DNA from: Candidatus Marinamargulisbacteria bacterium
GTDB lineage: Bacteria; Margulisbacteria; Marinamargulisbacteria; SXXA01; JAHFDB01
Direction: 5' to 3'
DNA: 41,827 bases
Assembly (NCBI GenBank): GCA_964202165.1
Contig: CAXNHA010000001.1
Coordinates: 1-41,827 of the forward strand
The notes below the pieces were generated by a model. The model was not told where the DNA came from. It ran no database searches and saw only the letters and a program-made list of their open reading frames with translations. Position numbers and translations under genes: made by a program. Shown here one piece after another: positions 31,802 to 40,050 of this stretch (its first letter is position 1; the number at the start of each line of letters is the position of its first letter).

Positions 31802-32293
31802 GTGTCAAGTTTGAATAGGATTTTACTGATTGGTCATCTGGAAACACAACCAGATGTTAAGGCTACAACCAATGGGGACTTGGTAGCTCGCTTCTCTTTG
31901 AGTGTTCCTCGCCCAGATAGAGGCGAAGGGTATCAGGCAGATACCGACAGTTTTCCGTCCGTGGCATGGCGACAGGTTGCGGAAAAGCTCCAATCTTTTC
32001 AAAAAGGGGATTGGGTTTTAGTAGAAGGAAAGATTTTGACCCGTACATACGAAGAGGACCCTGCAAAGGGTCGTCAGTACATTACAGAGATCGATGTCAG
32101 AGATGTGAAGCCCCTTATGCAAGGGGCAGAGACGTCACAAAGCAACACATTTGCACAGAGCTCTTCTATGGTGAGCAAGGAAACAGCCGTAGATGACAAG
32201 GATTTTAATTTTGAAGAGGACCCTTTTGCTCAGAAAGCGAGTTGGGATCCAGGCAAATTGAGTCCAGGTGAAGAAGAGGAGATCCCTTTTTAA
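31802..32293 (+). CDS. ssb: Single-stranded DNA-binding protein, divergent OB fold, with the canonical acidic C-terminal tip (EEEIPF)
   Basis: 163-aa ORF with a GTG start and an AAGAGG Shine-Dalgarno. The OB fold reads LNRILLIGHLETQPDVKATTNGDLVARFSLSV...VAWRQVAEKL..KGDWVLVEGKILTRTYE. A low-complexity linker and a terminal EEEIPF follow. Confidence 0.85.
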   Translation: MSSLNRILLIGHLETQPDVKATTNGDLVARFSLSVPRPDRGEGYQADTDSFPSVAWRQVAEKLQSFQKGDWVLVEGKILTRTYEEDPAKGRQYITEIDVRDVKPLMQGAETSQSNTFAQSSSMVSKETAVDDKDFNFEEDPFAQKASWDPGKLSPGEEEEIPF

Positions 32294-32640
32294 TGTTAAA
32301 CAAAGCATTTTTGATTGGGCGACTGGTACGAGATCCAGAAACACGAATGACTTCTTCTGGGATTACCGTCACACGGTTTACAATTGCAGTGGACCGTACG
32401 TACAAAAATGAGAACGGTGAAAAAACAACAGATTTTTTGCGTGTGGTTGCTTGGAGACGGTTGGCTGAGATTTGTGCCCAGTATTTGAAAAAAGGGAAAC
32501 TTGTAGCCGTTGAAGGGCGTCTCCAGTTGAGTTTTTATGAAAAAGATGGTCAGAGACGACAATCTGCGGAGGTCATGGCTGATAATGTGCAGATGCTAGA
32601 CAAAGTTGGAAGCAATGCACCAGAAGGCTTTTCAGAATAA
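32293..32640 (+). CDS. Second SSB paralogue: canonical OB fold, no acidic C-terminal tip
   Basis: 115-aa ORF, MLNKAFLIGRLVRDPETRMTSSGITVTRFTIAVDRTYKNENGEKTTDFLRVVAWRRLAEICAQYLKKGKLVAVEGRLQLSFYEKDGQRRQSAEVMADNVQML. It ends ...APEGFSE without a D/E-IPF tail. A TAATG 1-nt overlap links it to the first ssb. Confidence 0.85.
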   Translation: MLNKAFLIGRLVRDPETRMTSSGITVTRFTIAVDRTYKNENGEKTTDFLRVVAWRRLAEICAQYLKKGKLVAVEGRLQLSFYEKDGQRRQSAEVMADNVQMLDKVGSNAPEGFSE

Positions 32641-32689
32641 GGACTTTTCTGATCTGTCTACGTGTTGAAAATTTGAAAGGAGTTTTGTT

Positions 32690-32929
32690 TTGGAAAAAAA
32701 AGTTTTGATTAAAAGGCGTACAAAAAGAAGACGGATCTGTGCATTTTGTGTGGATAAACTGGACGTATTGGACTACAAAGACATTGCAAGATTAAAGCGC
32801 TTTATCACAGAAAGAGGAAAAATCTATCCTCGTCGAAATTCCGGTGCCTGTGCCAAACATCAACGCATGCTCGCTACTGCTATTAAACGGGCTCGCTATA
32901 TCGGTCTTGTTTCGTATGTATTGTCATAA
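32690..32929 (+). CDS. rpsR: 30S ribosomal protein S18
   Basis: 79-aa ORF with a TTG start and an AAAGGAG Shine-Dalgarno 7 nt upstream. Motifs: [48 protein letters not shown]. Confidence 0.93.
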   Translation: MEKKVLIKRRTKRRRICAFCVDKLDVLDYKDIARLKRFITERGKIYPRRNSGACAKHQRMLATAIKRARYIGLVSYVLS

Positions 32930-32946
32930 TTTTAGGAGAATATGAG

Positions 32947-33414
32947 ATGGCCACTATTGTTGAGATTTTGTTATTGGAAGATGTAAAAGGATTGGGACGT
33001 TTTGGTCAAAAAAAGAAAGTCAAAATGGGGTATGCAAGAAATTATTTACTACCTCAAGAATTGGCTTTGTTGTGTACAAAGGCAAATGAAGCTCGCTTTG
33101 AGTCTGTGAGAAAACAAGAAGAAGCACGGCGCGTGACTGTGTTGAAAGAAGCACAACTCTTGGCTCAAAAGATAGAAAATATTGAACTTATTTTTTCAGA
33201 AAAAACACATAACAGTGGCCGATTGTATGGATCGGTTGGTATAGGTGAGATCCTATTGGCATTAAAACAATCTCACGATATTGATATTGAAAAACGAGCT
33301 GTCGTATTACCAGAACCTCTGAAAGAGGTGGGAACCTTTTCTGTTGGGATTGCCTTGCATCAAGATGTAGAGGTTACGTTAAAGGTTTGTCTTGTCTCGG
33401 CTGAAGATAAATAA
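32947..33414 (+). CDS. rplI: 50S ribosomal protein L9
   Basis: 155-aa ORF with ILLEDVKGLGRFGQKKKVKMGYARNYLLPQ at the N-terminus. Position after rpsR fits the usual gene order. Confidence 0.92.
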   Translation: MATIVEILLLEDVKGLGRFGQKKKVKMGYARNYLLPQELALLCTKANEARFESVRKQEEARRVTVLKEAQLLAQKIENIELIFSEKTHNSGRLYGSVGIGEILLALKQSHDIDIEKRAVVLPEPLKEVGTFSVGIALHQDVEVTLKVCLVSAEDK

Positions 33415-35071
33415 ATTTGATCACACATCGTTTTTGCAGACAGTTGAACCAGAGTCTGGAATATATAAAATGTTTTCAGAATCAGGAACGATTCTCTATG
33501 TTGGAAAAGCAAAGAATCTAAAAAAACGGTTGGCCAGTTATTTTGTAAACCTCAGTCACAGAGATATCAAAACCTCTGTGCTGGTTTCTCAGATTTCTTC
33601 TATTCAACTTATTGTGACACGAACAGAAGATGAGGCTCTGATCTTAGAGCGACAGCTCATTCAAGCCTTTCAGCCACGGTATAATATTGCCCTAAAAGAT
33701 GATAAGAATTACCCCTATCTTAAGGTCACGGTTCAAGATTTTTTTCCTATGGTTTTGGTGGTTAGACAACGCATTGCAGATGGAGCAAAATATTTTGGAC
33801 CGTACCCATCGATGGGCTCTAGTCGGTTTATGCAACGGTTGCTAGGAGATCTGTTTCCACTCAGAGACTGTTCCCAAAAGATTGACTTGCTACACAAACA
33901 ACCCAAGTGTATGCAATTGGACCTGGGGCGATGTTTAGGGCCTTGCGTTTATAAGCAGGTCAAGCCGGACTACGATGCATGGGTACACGATTTAATCCTC
34001 CTATTAAGTGGTAAGAGTCGCCAATTGATTGCAGACATGCGCAGTCGCATGGGCCATTTTGCAGAGGCACTAAAATTTGAGCAAGCTGCGGTCATGAGAG
34101 ATCGTGTCTTAAAATTAGAACAATTATTGGATAGGCAATTGGTTGAACTTGACCGCAATCAACATGTACAGGTTTGGGTCTATGCTCACGATACACATAC
34201 CCATTATGCATTGGTCCAAACCATTATTGATGGCAAGTTTTTGTACCAAAACGGGTTTTATTTGGAAAAAAAAGAAGCCTCTTTGGACTTGTTTTTGGAT
34301 GAGTCTATTATGCATTTTTTAGATCAAAAAAGAGACGATGTTGGCAAAATCGTTTGGTCACAATGGCTGGTAGATGATGCGTTTTATGCTGTTTTTCACA
34401 AACAAGAATGGGCCTCTTGGCTACCAACATCTAAAATCATAGTTCCCAAACGTGGCATCAAACGAACCGTATTAGAATCGGCACAAAAAAATGCCCACCT
34501 AGCACTGATGAAGCTGGGAATAGATGCCCTCAAGGGCACATCTCCTGTAGAACCTACAGATATTCAAGATGCCTTGGCATTGGCAGTGCAGCCAAAAAGA
34601 ATGGTCTGTATCGACATCTCCCACTTCCAAGGGGTCGATATTGTGGGCTCTGCTGTTGTGTTTCAAGATGCCAAGCCCTTGCGCACTGCTTATCGGCGCT
34701 TTCAGATACGAACGGTTGCTGGAAAAAGTGATGACCCTCGATCTATTCAAGAAGTGGTTACCCGATATATAGAGCTTGTGATAAGACAATCTCAACCCTT
34801 GCCAGATTTGTTGGTCATTGATGGAGGAAAGCCACAATTGGCTTTTGCAATAAAAGCCTTGGAAGGCTTACAATTGGCCTCCAAAATACCCTGTGTAGCG
34901 TTAGCAAAACAAGATGAAGAGCTCTTTTTTCCAGACAGACCCACCTCCTTAAAACTTGAAAAACATCATCCTGTTTTACACCTTCTCCAACGGTTGCGCG
35001 ATGAAGCGCATCGATTTGCCATTACCTACCAAAAATACAAACGCAGGAGGCGTTTTTTAGGAAAAAAATGA
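33392..35071 (+). CDS. uvrC: Excinuclease ABC subunit C, lacking the C-terminal (HhH)2 domain
   Basis: The GIY-YIG domain is present (SGIYKMFSESGTILYVGKAKNLKKRLASYF...YNIALKDDKNYPYL), as are the UVR domain (FEQAAVMRDRVLKLEQL) and the endonuclease domain ending RDEAHRFAITY. The protein stops 16 aa later. The TTG start at 33392 is needed to include the conserved N-terminus and overlaps rplI by 23 nt. Confidence 0.88.
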   Translation: MSRLKINKFDHTSFLQTVEPESGIYKMFSESGTILYVGKAKNLKKRLASYFVNLSHRDIKTSVLVSQISSIQLIVTRTEDEALILERQLIQAFQPRYNIALKDDKNYPYLKVTVQDFFPMVLVVRQRIADGAKYFGPYPSMGSSRFMQRLLGDLFPLRDCSQKIDLLHKQPKCMQLDLGRCLGPCVYKQVKPDYDAWVHDLILLLSGKSRQLIADMRSRMGHFAEALKFEQAAVMRDRVLKLEQLLDRQLVELDRNQHVQVWVYAHDTHTHYALVQTIIDGKFLYQNGFYLEKKEASLDLFLDESIMHFLDQKRDDVGKIVWSQWLVDDAFYAVFHKQEWASWLPTSKIIVPKRGIKRTVLESAQKNAHLALMKLGIDALKGTSPVEPTDIQDALALAVQPKRMVCIDISHFQGVDIVGSAVVFQDAKPLRTAYRRFQIRTVAGKSDDPRSIQEVVTRYIELVIRQSQPLPDLLVIDGGKPQLAFAIKALEGLQLASKIPCVALAKQDEELFFPDRPTSLKLEKHHPVLHLLQRLRDEAHRFAITYQKYKRRRRFLGKK

Positions 35072-36222
35072 GGCTAAAAATTGGTAAAATAAACTGGATC
35101 GTCTTCGCACTACTCTTAACAGAAATGGTGGGGCATGGGCTTGTGTTCTCTCAAGAATCCTATCAAGAAGATGAATTAAATCAGATCAAGTCTAGAATAG
35201 AGCACAACAAGTCCGTAATCAAAGAAAAACGGCAAGCCAAAAAGGCAGCTGAACACCAGTTGGGCCAGTTGGCAAAAGAGCTTAAATTTACAGAGTTTCA
35301 CTTGCAAAAAACAAGACAGTCTTTGCAAGTAACTGAACAAAAAGTAAAGCAAACTGAGTCCCAATTGGGTCAAACGAAACAAGCCTATACGATAAAAAGC
35401 CAACTTTTTGCTCGACGCATTCTCGATATTTTTAAAAACAAACATTTTGGATCTTTAGAATTTATTTTTTCACCCAAAAATGCATTGTCTGCATTGGATG
35501 CTTCTTATTATTTTGAACGGATTATTCACTCAGATGTATCGTTGATTTCGGATATCAAATCTCAGTACGGGCAACTTGTTCAACAAAATGTCAACCTCAA
35601 AACACAGACCCAAACATTGGCTGAAATCAAACAAGATATTCAAAAAAAAGAAGTATTGCTATTCCAAAAAAAAGTCGAGCAAAATCGGGTTGTACAATCT
35701 TTAAAAGATCAAATCCAAGATATGGAACGCATGAATCGCGAGTTGGAAAAATCATCTCAAGAAATCACCTCTAAAATTATGAGGATGGCCAGGGGTATGA
35801 CATTTTTGGGGACGGGACGTTTTTTGAGGCCTGTTCAGGCCTATGTGTCTTCTTTGTTTGGATATCGGAGGCATCCTATTTTTAAACGCCGTATTTTTCA
35901 TAATGGAATGGACTTTGCCGCAAAAATAGGACAACGCATCCGCGCTTCTGACTCAGGAGTCGTCATTGTAGCCGGAGAACATCCTCAATATTATGGGTAT
36001 GGTAAAATCACCATCATTGACCATGGGGTGAAAAATGGCAGGCGTTTGGCTACTGTTTATGCCCATCAATCTCAAATCTTTGTTCATGAAGGACAATCGG
36101 TCAGACAAGGTGAAGACATTGGATGTGTAGGAAGCACGGGGTATTCCACAGGGCCTCATTTGCATTTTGAAGTGCGGTTGGATGGGGTGCCGGTCAATCC
36201 TGCTGGGTATCTCAATCTATGA
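35068..36222 (+). CDS. M23 family metallopeptidase with an N-terminal coiled coil (EnvC/murein hydrolase activator-like)
   Basis: There is a signal/anchor (INWIVFALLLTEMVG) and a long Gln/Lys-rich coiled coil. The LytM domain reads HNGMDFAA...IDHG...YAH...GSTGYSTGPHLHFEV, with the metal ligands apparently intact. Confidence 0.85.
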   Translation: MRLKIGKINWIVFALLLTEMVGHGLVFSQESYQEDELNQIKSRIEHNKSVIKEKRQAKKAAEHQLGQLAKELKFTEFHLQKTRQSLQVTEQKVKQTESQLGQTKQAYTIKSQLFARRILDIFKNKHFGSLEFIFSPKNALSALDASYYFERIIHSDVSLISDIKSQYGQLVQQNVNLKTQTQTLAEIKQDIQKKEVLLFQKKVEQNRVVQSLKDQIQDMERMNRELEKSSQEITSKIMRMARGMTFLGTGRFLRPVQAYVSSLFGYRRHPIFKRRIFHNGMDFAAKIGQRIRASDSGVVIVAGEHPQYYGYGKITIIDHGVKNGRRLATVYAHQSQIFVHEGQSVRQGEDIGCVGSTGYSTGPHLHFEVRLDGVPVNPAGYLNL

Positions 36223-37403
36223 AGCCTTTTTTTCGTCGAAAATTAATCAAACGCTTGGTGATACTGGCGTTGGCTTTTGGATCACTTTGGATGACACTCT
36301 ATTCTCACACCACGGTGTCCACCCATGTGACGTTTCCCTTGTTACAAACGGTGTATGCACATGCTTCCACAGAGTTTTTTAAAGATACAGAAGGCTTATC
36401 CAAAGCATTGGAATACGGGGCCATTCGAGGTCTTCTAGAATCGCTGGAAGATCCCTATACACGGTTTTTGGATCCAAAACGGTATACAGAAATGCGCAGC
36501 AGGATGAATGGCCAATTTACGGGCGTAGGGGTTGGCATTGGTATTAAAAAGGGACAAGTGGTGGTTATTGCGCCATTGGCAGGATCTCCGGCAGAAAAAG
36601 CGGGGTTACGTGCCATGGATATGATTATGAGCATTGATGGACATTCAACATATGGGTTAACGCTAGAAGAGGCTTCCTCGTATATTCGAGGGAAAAAAGG
36701 CACCGTAGTCTCTTTAAAAATCATGAGAGGTGTGTCAGGCAATATCCTAGACATGAAGCTTGTTCGTTCAAAAATCAAGATGCACGCGGTGAGCAAGGTC
36801 ATGGTTTTTGGAAAAATAGGGTATATCCGGTTGACAACATTTGAAAATTACCGTGCAACTCAAGAAATGGAAGCAGCAATCCGACAGTTGAAAAAACAGT
36901 CTATTGAAGGGTTGTTACTTGATGTGAGAAACAACGGAGGTGGGCTACTCAACAATGCAGTGAGTATCTCGGGTATGTTTATTGCAAAGGGAAACATCGT
37001 ACACAAAGTAGACCGATATCAGCATCTCCAAACTGAGAGAGTCTCTGGAACACCCCTCTACACAGGACCTCTCATGGTATTGGTCAATCAGGGATCTGCT
37101 TCTGCATCAGAGATATTGGCAGGGGCATTAAAAGACCATCATCGGGCTATAATTGTGGGACAGCGTTCTTTTGGAAAAGCATCGGTTCAAAAAGTCATAG
37201 AACTTGAAGATGGATCTGCCGTTTTGTTGACAGTCGCACAATATCTTACCCCTCTTGGAATTGATATTTCTAAAAAAGGACTTGGTGTAGACCATATGAT
37301 CCCTGATTCAGCTCCTCTGAATGAGGATTTGTATACAGTACAGACCGATCGTCAATTGCAAGATGCTTTAGCCCTGGCCAAAAAAGAATGGCATCTTTGG
37401 TAA
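36219..37403 (+). CDS. ctpA: S41 family carboxy-terminal processing peptidase with a PDZ domain
   Basis: There is an N-terminal anchor and a PDZ domain (GVGIGIKKGQVVVIAPLAGSPAEKAGLRAMDMIMSIDG). The catalytic Ser motif is NQGSASASEILAGAL and the Lys motif is SFGKASVQ. An ATGA overlap links it to the M23 gene. Confidence 0.88.
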   Translation: MKPFFRRKLIKRLVILALAFGSLWMTLYSHTTVSTHVTFPLLQTVYAHASTEFFKDTEGLSKALEYGAIRGLLESLEDPYTRFLDPKRYTEMRSRMNGQFTGVGVGIGIKKGQVVVIAPLAGSPAEKAGLRAMDMIMSIDGHSTYGLTLEEASSYIRGKKGTVVSLKIMRGVSGNILDMKLVRSKIKMHAVSKVMVFGKIGYIRLTTFENYRATQEMEAAIRQLKKQSIEGLLLDVRNNGGGLLNNAVSISGMFIAKGNIVHKVDRYQHLQTERVSGTPLYTGPLMVLVNQGSASASEILAGALKDHHRAIIVGQRSFGKASVQKVIELEDGSAVLLTVAQYLTPLGIDISKKGLGVDHMIPDSAPLNEDLYTVQTDRQLQDALALAKKEWHLW

Positions 37404-37408
37404 GATGC

Positions 37409-37438
37409 GTTGTCAACTGTCATTGGTCTAGGCTAGAA
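37409..37438 (+). promoter_or_regulatory. Putative hemA-operon promoter: TTGTCA, 18 nt spacer, TAGAAT, with the -10 ending 10 nt before the ATG
   Basis: The sequence reads TTGTCAactgtcattggtctaggcTAGAATcgctcaatcATG. No Shine-Dalgarno lies between the -10 and the ATG. This is a motif match only. Confidence 0.35.
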
Positions 37439-37448
37439 TCGCTCAATC

Positions 37449-38480
37449 ATGATAGCAGGATTTGGATGTTGGGGTATTGATTGTAGCTATGCAGAGCTAT
37501 CTGTGATGGAGAAGATTTGTTTTAACCCAGAGGCTATTGGATTGTTCTGGGATCACTATATGGCCACATCTCCTATCCAAGAACTTGTTGTTTTATCGAC
37601 ATGTAACCGGGTAGAATTTTATTTTTATGCTCAAGATCCTGATATGGCTTCGGATTGGTTGCTTCGGTCTTTGGCACAATTTCGACAAATACAGCCAGAT
37701 TTTTTGAAGGGAATCCTTCATTATCGACAAAATCGAGAGGCTATTGCCCATTTGTTTAGAGTTGTCTGTGGCATTGAGTCCATGGTTTTTGGAGAAAACG
37801 AAATTTTAGCACAAGTAAAAGAGTCGCTCTCTACCTGTCATCGTCTGCACACAACAGGTGCCTTTTTGAACAAACTATTTCAATCCGCAGTGACAACCGG
37901 TAAGAGGGTGCGAAAAGAAACCCTGATCAGCAGAGGCGCCTATTCTATTAGCTCCATCGCTGTAGAAGCTCTAAGGGAACAGCTACCAGCTTTTGAAGAT
38001 GCGTCACTCTTGGTCATTGGGGCTGGCACCATGTCGTTGCGTGCGATCAAAAAACTAAAAGCTTTGGACCATCCCAATCTAACAATTTGCAACAGAAGCG
38101 AGGATAAATTGGTGCGACTCGCCGAAAAATATACATTAAAAATACTCCCCTATAGCCAGCTTGCCACAAAAGCCGAACAGTATCATGGCATTTTATTGGT
38201 TACAAGTTCGGACACCTACGTGCTGACTCCCGAGTTTTTTTCATCTAATGCAGTTACAAAAGTGATTGTGGATGTCAGCGTGCCAAGAAATGCAAATCCT
38301 GCTATCCAGTCGAATAAACTATGTGTCTTAAGTGTTCAAGATCTCAAGGCGATTGTGGACCGTACCATTCAAACCCGACGCAATGAGTTGGTCCATATCC
38401 AATCTATTCTTGATGAAGAGCAACGTGATTTTGAGAGGTGGCTTCAGTTTAAGCAAGGGTTATGCGCAACCGTCTCTTAG
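37449..38480 (+). CDS. hemA: Glutamyl-tRNA reductase (short form, 343 aa)
   Basis: The catalytic Cys motif is LSTCNRVEFYF. Also present are GENEILAQVK and the NADPH-binding LLVIGAGTMSLRAIKKL. The C-terminal region after the NADPH domain is only about 50 aa. Confidence 0.88.
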   Translation: MIAGFGCWGIDCSYAELSVMEKICFNPEAIGLFWDHYMATSPIQELVVLSTCNRVEFYFYAQDPDMASDWLLRSLAQFRQIQPDFLKGILHYRQNREAIAHLFRVVCGIESMVFGENEILAQVKESLSTCHRLHTTGAFLNKLFQSAVTTGKRVRKETLISRGAYSISSIAVEALREQLPAFEDASLLVIGAGTMSLRAIKKLKALDHPNLTICNRSEDKLVRLAEKYTLKILPYSQLATKAEQYHGILLVTSSDTYVLTPEFFSSNAVTKVIVDVSVPRNANPAIQSNKLCVLSVQDLKAIVDRTIQTRRNELVHIQSILDEEQRDFERWLQFKQGLCATVS

Positions 38481-39388
38481 TGGGCTCTAGAGGATCTCAG
38501 CTTGCACGCAAACAAGCAGAAGCCGTGATCTCGTTGTTACAAGATCAGGGTATGGATTATGAAATTGAGTCTGTGATTATCCAAACAACGGGAGATACCA
38601 ATCAGGCCGCTTCTTTGTCAGAAATAGGGGGGAAATCTGTTTTTGTAAAAGAATTGGAAGTGGCGTTGACAGACCATCACATCGATCTTGCTGTGCACAG
38701 TCTCAAAGATGTGACCTCGGCATGGATGCCAGGACTCGCGATCACAGGATTTTTAACACCAGAATCTATTTGTGATACGTTGATTTGTCGCTATCCTCTG
38801 ACAGTGGAAACATTGCCACCCCAAGCCAAAATTGGGACCGGAAGCATGCGACGAAAAGCCTTGCTTTCAACGGCAAGATCCGATTTGTGTTATCACGATA
38901 TTCGAGGAAATGTTGAGACACGGTTGAGAAAACTATTGCAAGCTCCCTTGGATGCTGTTGTGCTATCGGAGGCAGGCATGATTCGACTGGGATTTTTGCC
39001 AAACTCTTTTCCTGGGTTGCGTTCTTTTGAATTTGAAGGACAGCAGTATTGGACCTATCGATTGGAAAAAGAGTGGTTTTTTCCAGCTCCCGGGCAAGGT
39101 GTTGTGGCTATTGAGCACCGCGTGGATGACGAAGATCTCATGGGCTATATTAAAAAAATATCAGATCCTCATCAAACCCGTATATCTCAATTGGAATTGG
39201 GGCTATTGTCCGTGCTTGGGTTTGATTGCCGTATCCCGTTCGGATCGTATGTTGAGCTGCAAGGAGATCAGTTTGCTGTGCACGTTTTTCATCCAAATGG
39301 ACAAGAATCCATACGGGTGGGCAATGACCTAGATGCTCTTAACACCATCCAGAAATGGGCTCAGCTACTCAAAGAGCGGCTTGTCTAA
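38462..39388 (+). CDS. hemC: Hydroxymethylbilane synthase (porphobilinogen deaminase)
   Basis: 308-aa ORF with VGSRGSQLARKQAE, TTGD, AVHSLKDV, GTGSMRR, RGNVETRLRKL and a Cys-containing C-terminal domain. It overlaps hemA by 19 nt. Confidence 0.92.
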   Translation: MRNRLLVGSRGSQLARKQAEAVISLLQDQGMDYEIESVIIQTTGDTNQAASLSEIGGKSVFVKELEVALTDHHIDLAVHSLKDVTSAWMPGLAITGFLTPESICDTLICRYPLTVETLPPQAKIGTGSMRRKALLSTARSDLCYHDIRGNVETRLRKLLQAPLDAVVLSEAGMIRLGFLPNSFPGLRSFEFEGQQYWTYRLEKEWFFPAPGQGVVAIEHRVDDEDLMGYIKKISDPHQTRISQLELGLLSVLGFDCRIPFGSYVELQGDQFAVHVFHPNGQESIRVGNDLDALNTIQKWAQLLKERLV

Positions 39389-40050
39389 TGGATTATTATC
39401 CGGTTTTTGTAGACATTAGAAACAAACCTGTCTTGGTGATAGGGGCAGGCAACATTGCGTATGAAAAAATTCTTAACTTGCTAAAAGCAGGTCCTCAGCT
39501 AACCGTGATTGCTCCTGAGATTGCACCATCTGTGGCTAGATTTAGCCATCGAATTCGATTTGTTAAACGCATGGTAAACCTGGAGTCAGACATCACCCAA
39601 GACTATGCTCTCGTGTTTGTGGCAACAGGAGATTCTCATTTAAATGCTCAGGTGTCTCAGATCTGTCTTCAAAAGCGTATTTGGTGCAATGCCGTGGATG
39701 ACCCTAGGTATTGTCATTTTATCGTGCCGTCAATTCTGAGACGTGGCAAAGTGACGGTGGCAATTTCTACCGCAGGTGTCAGCCCATCTTTGGCAAAAGC
39801 CATTAAAACAAAACTGAGACAGTGTTTGGGAATAGAATATACGATTTTGTCTCGATGGCTGGCTGTTTTTCGGCAAGAAGTTATCCAACGCATTCCTACC
39901 CTATCTGGACGGATGCTTTTTTGGAAAGCATTTTATGGGCAAGACCCCTTGTGGCAGATCCGAGTTGGAAAACGATCCTCACTCACCACCTCTACACAAT
40001 CCTTGTTGACCCAACATGAGCAACTCTACCGTAACCAAGATGGTGTATAA
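39388..40050 (+). CDS. sirC: Precorrin-2 dehydrogenase / sirohydrochlorin ferrochelatase (SirC / CysG N-terminal type)
   Basis: YPVFVDIRNKPVLVIGAGNIAYEKI Rossmann opening, and ISTAGVSPSLAKAIK. The ORF track starts at 39355 inside hemC. The ATG at 39388 gives a TAATG overlap with the hemC stop. Confidence 0.8.
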   Translation: MDYYPVFVDIRNKPVLVIGAGNIAYEKILNLLKAGPQLTVIAPEIAPSVARFSHRIRFVKRMVNLESDITQDYALVFVATGDSHLNAQVSQICLQKRIWCNAVDDPRYCHFIVPSILRRGKVTVAISTAGVSPSLAKAIKTKLRQCLGIEYTILSRWLAVFRQEVIQRIPTLSGRMLFWKAFYGQDPLWQIRVGKRSSLTTSTQSLLTQHEQLYRNQDGV

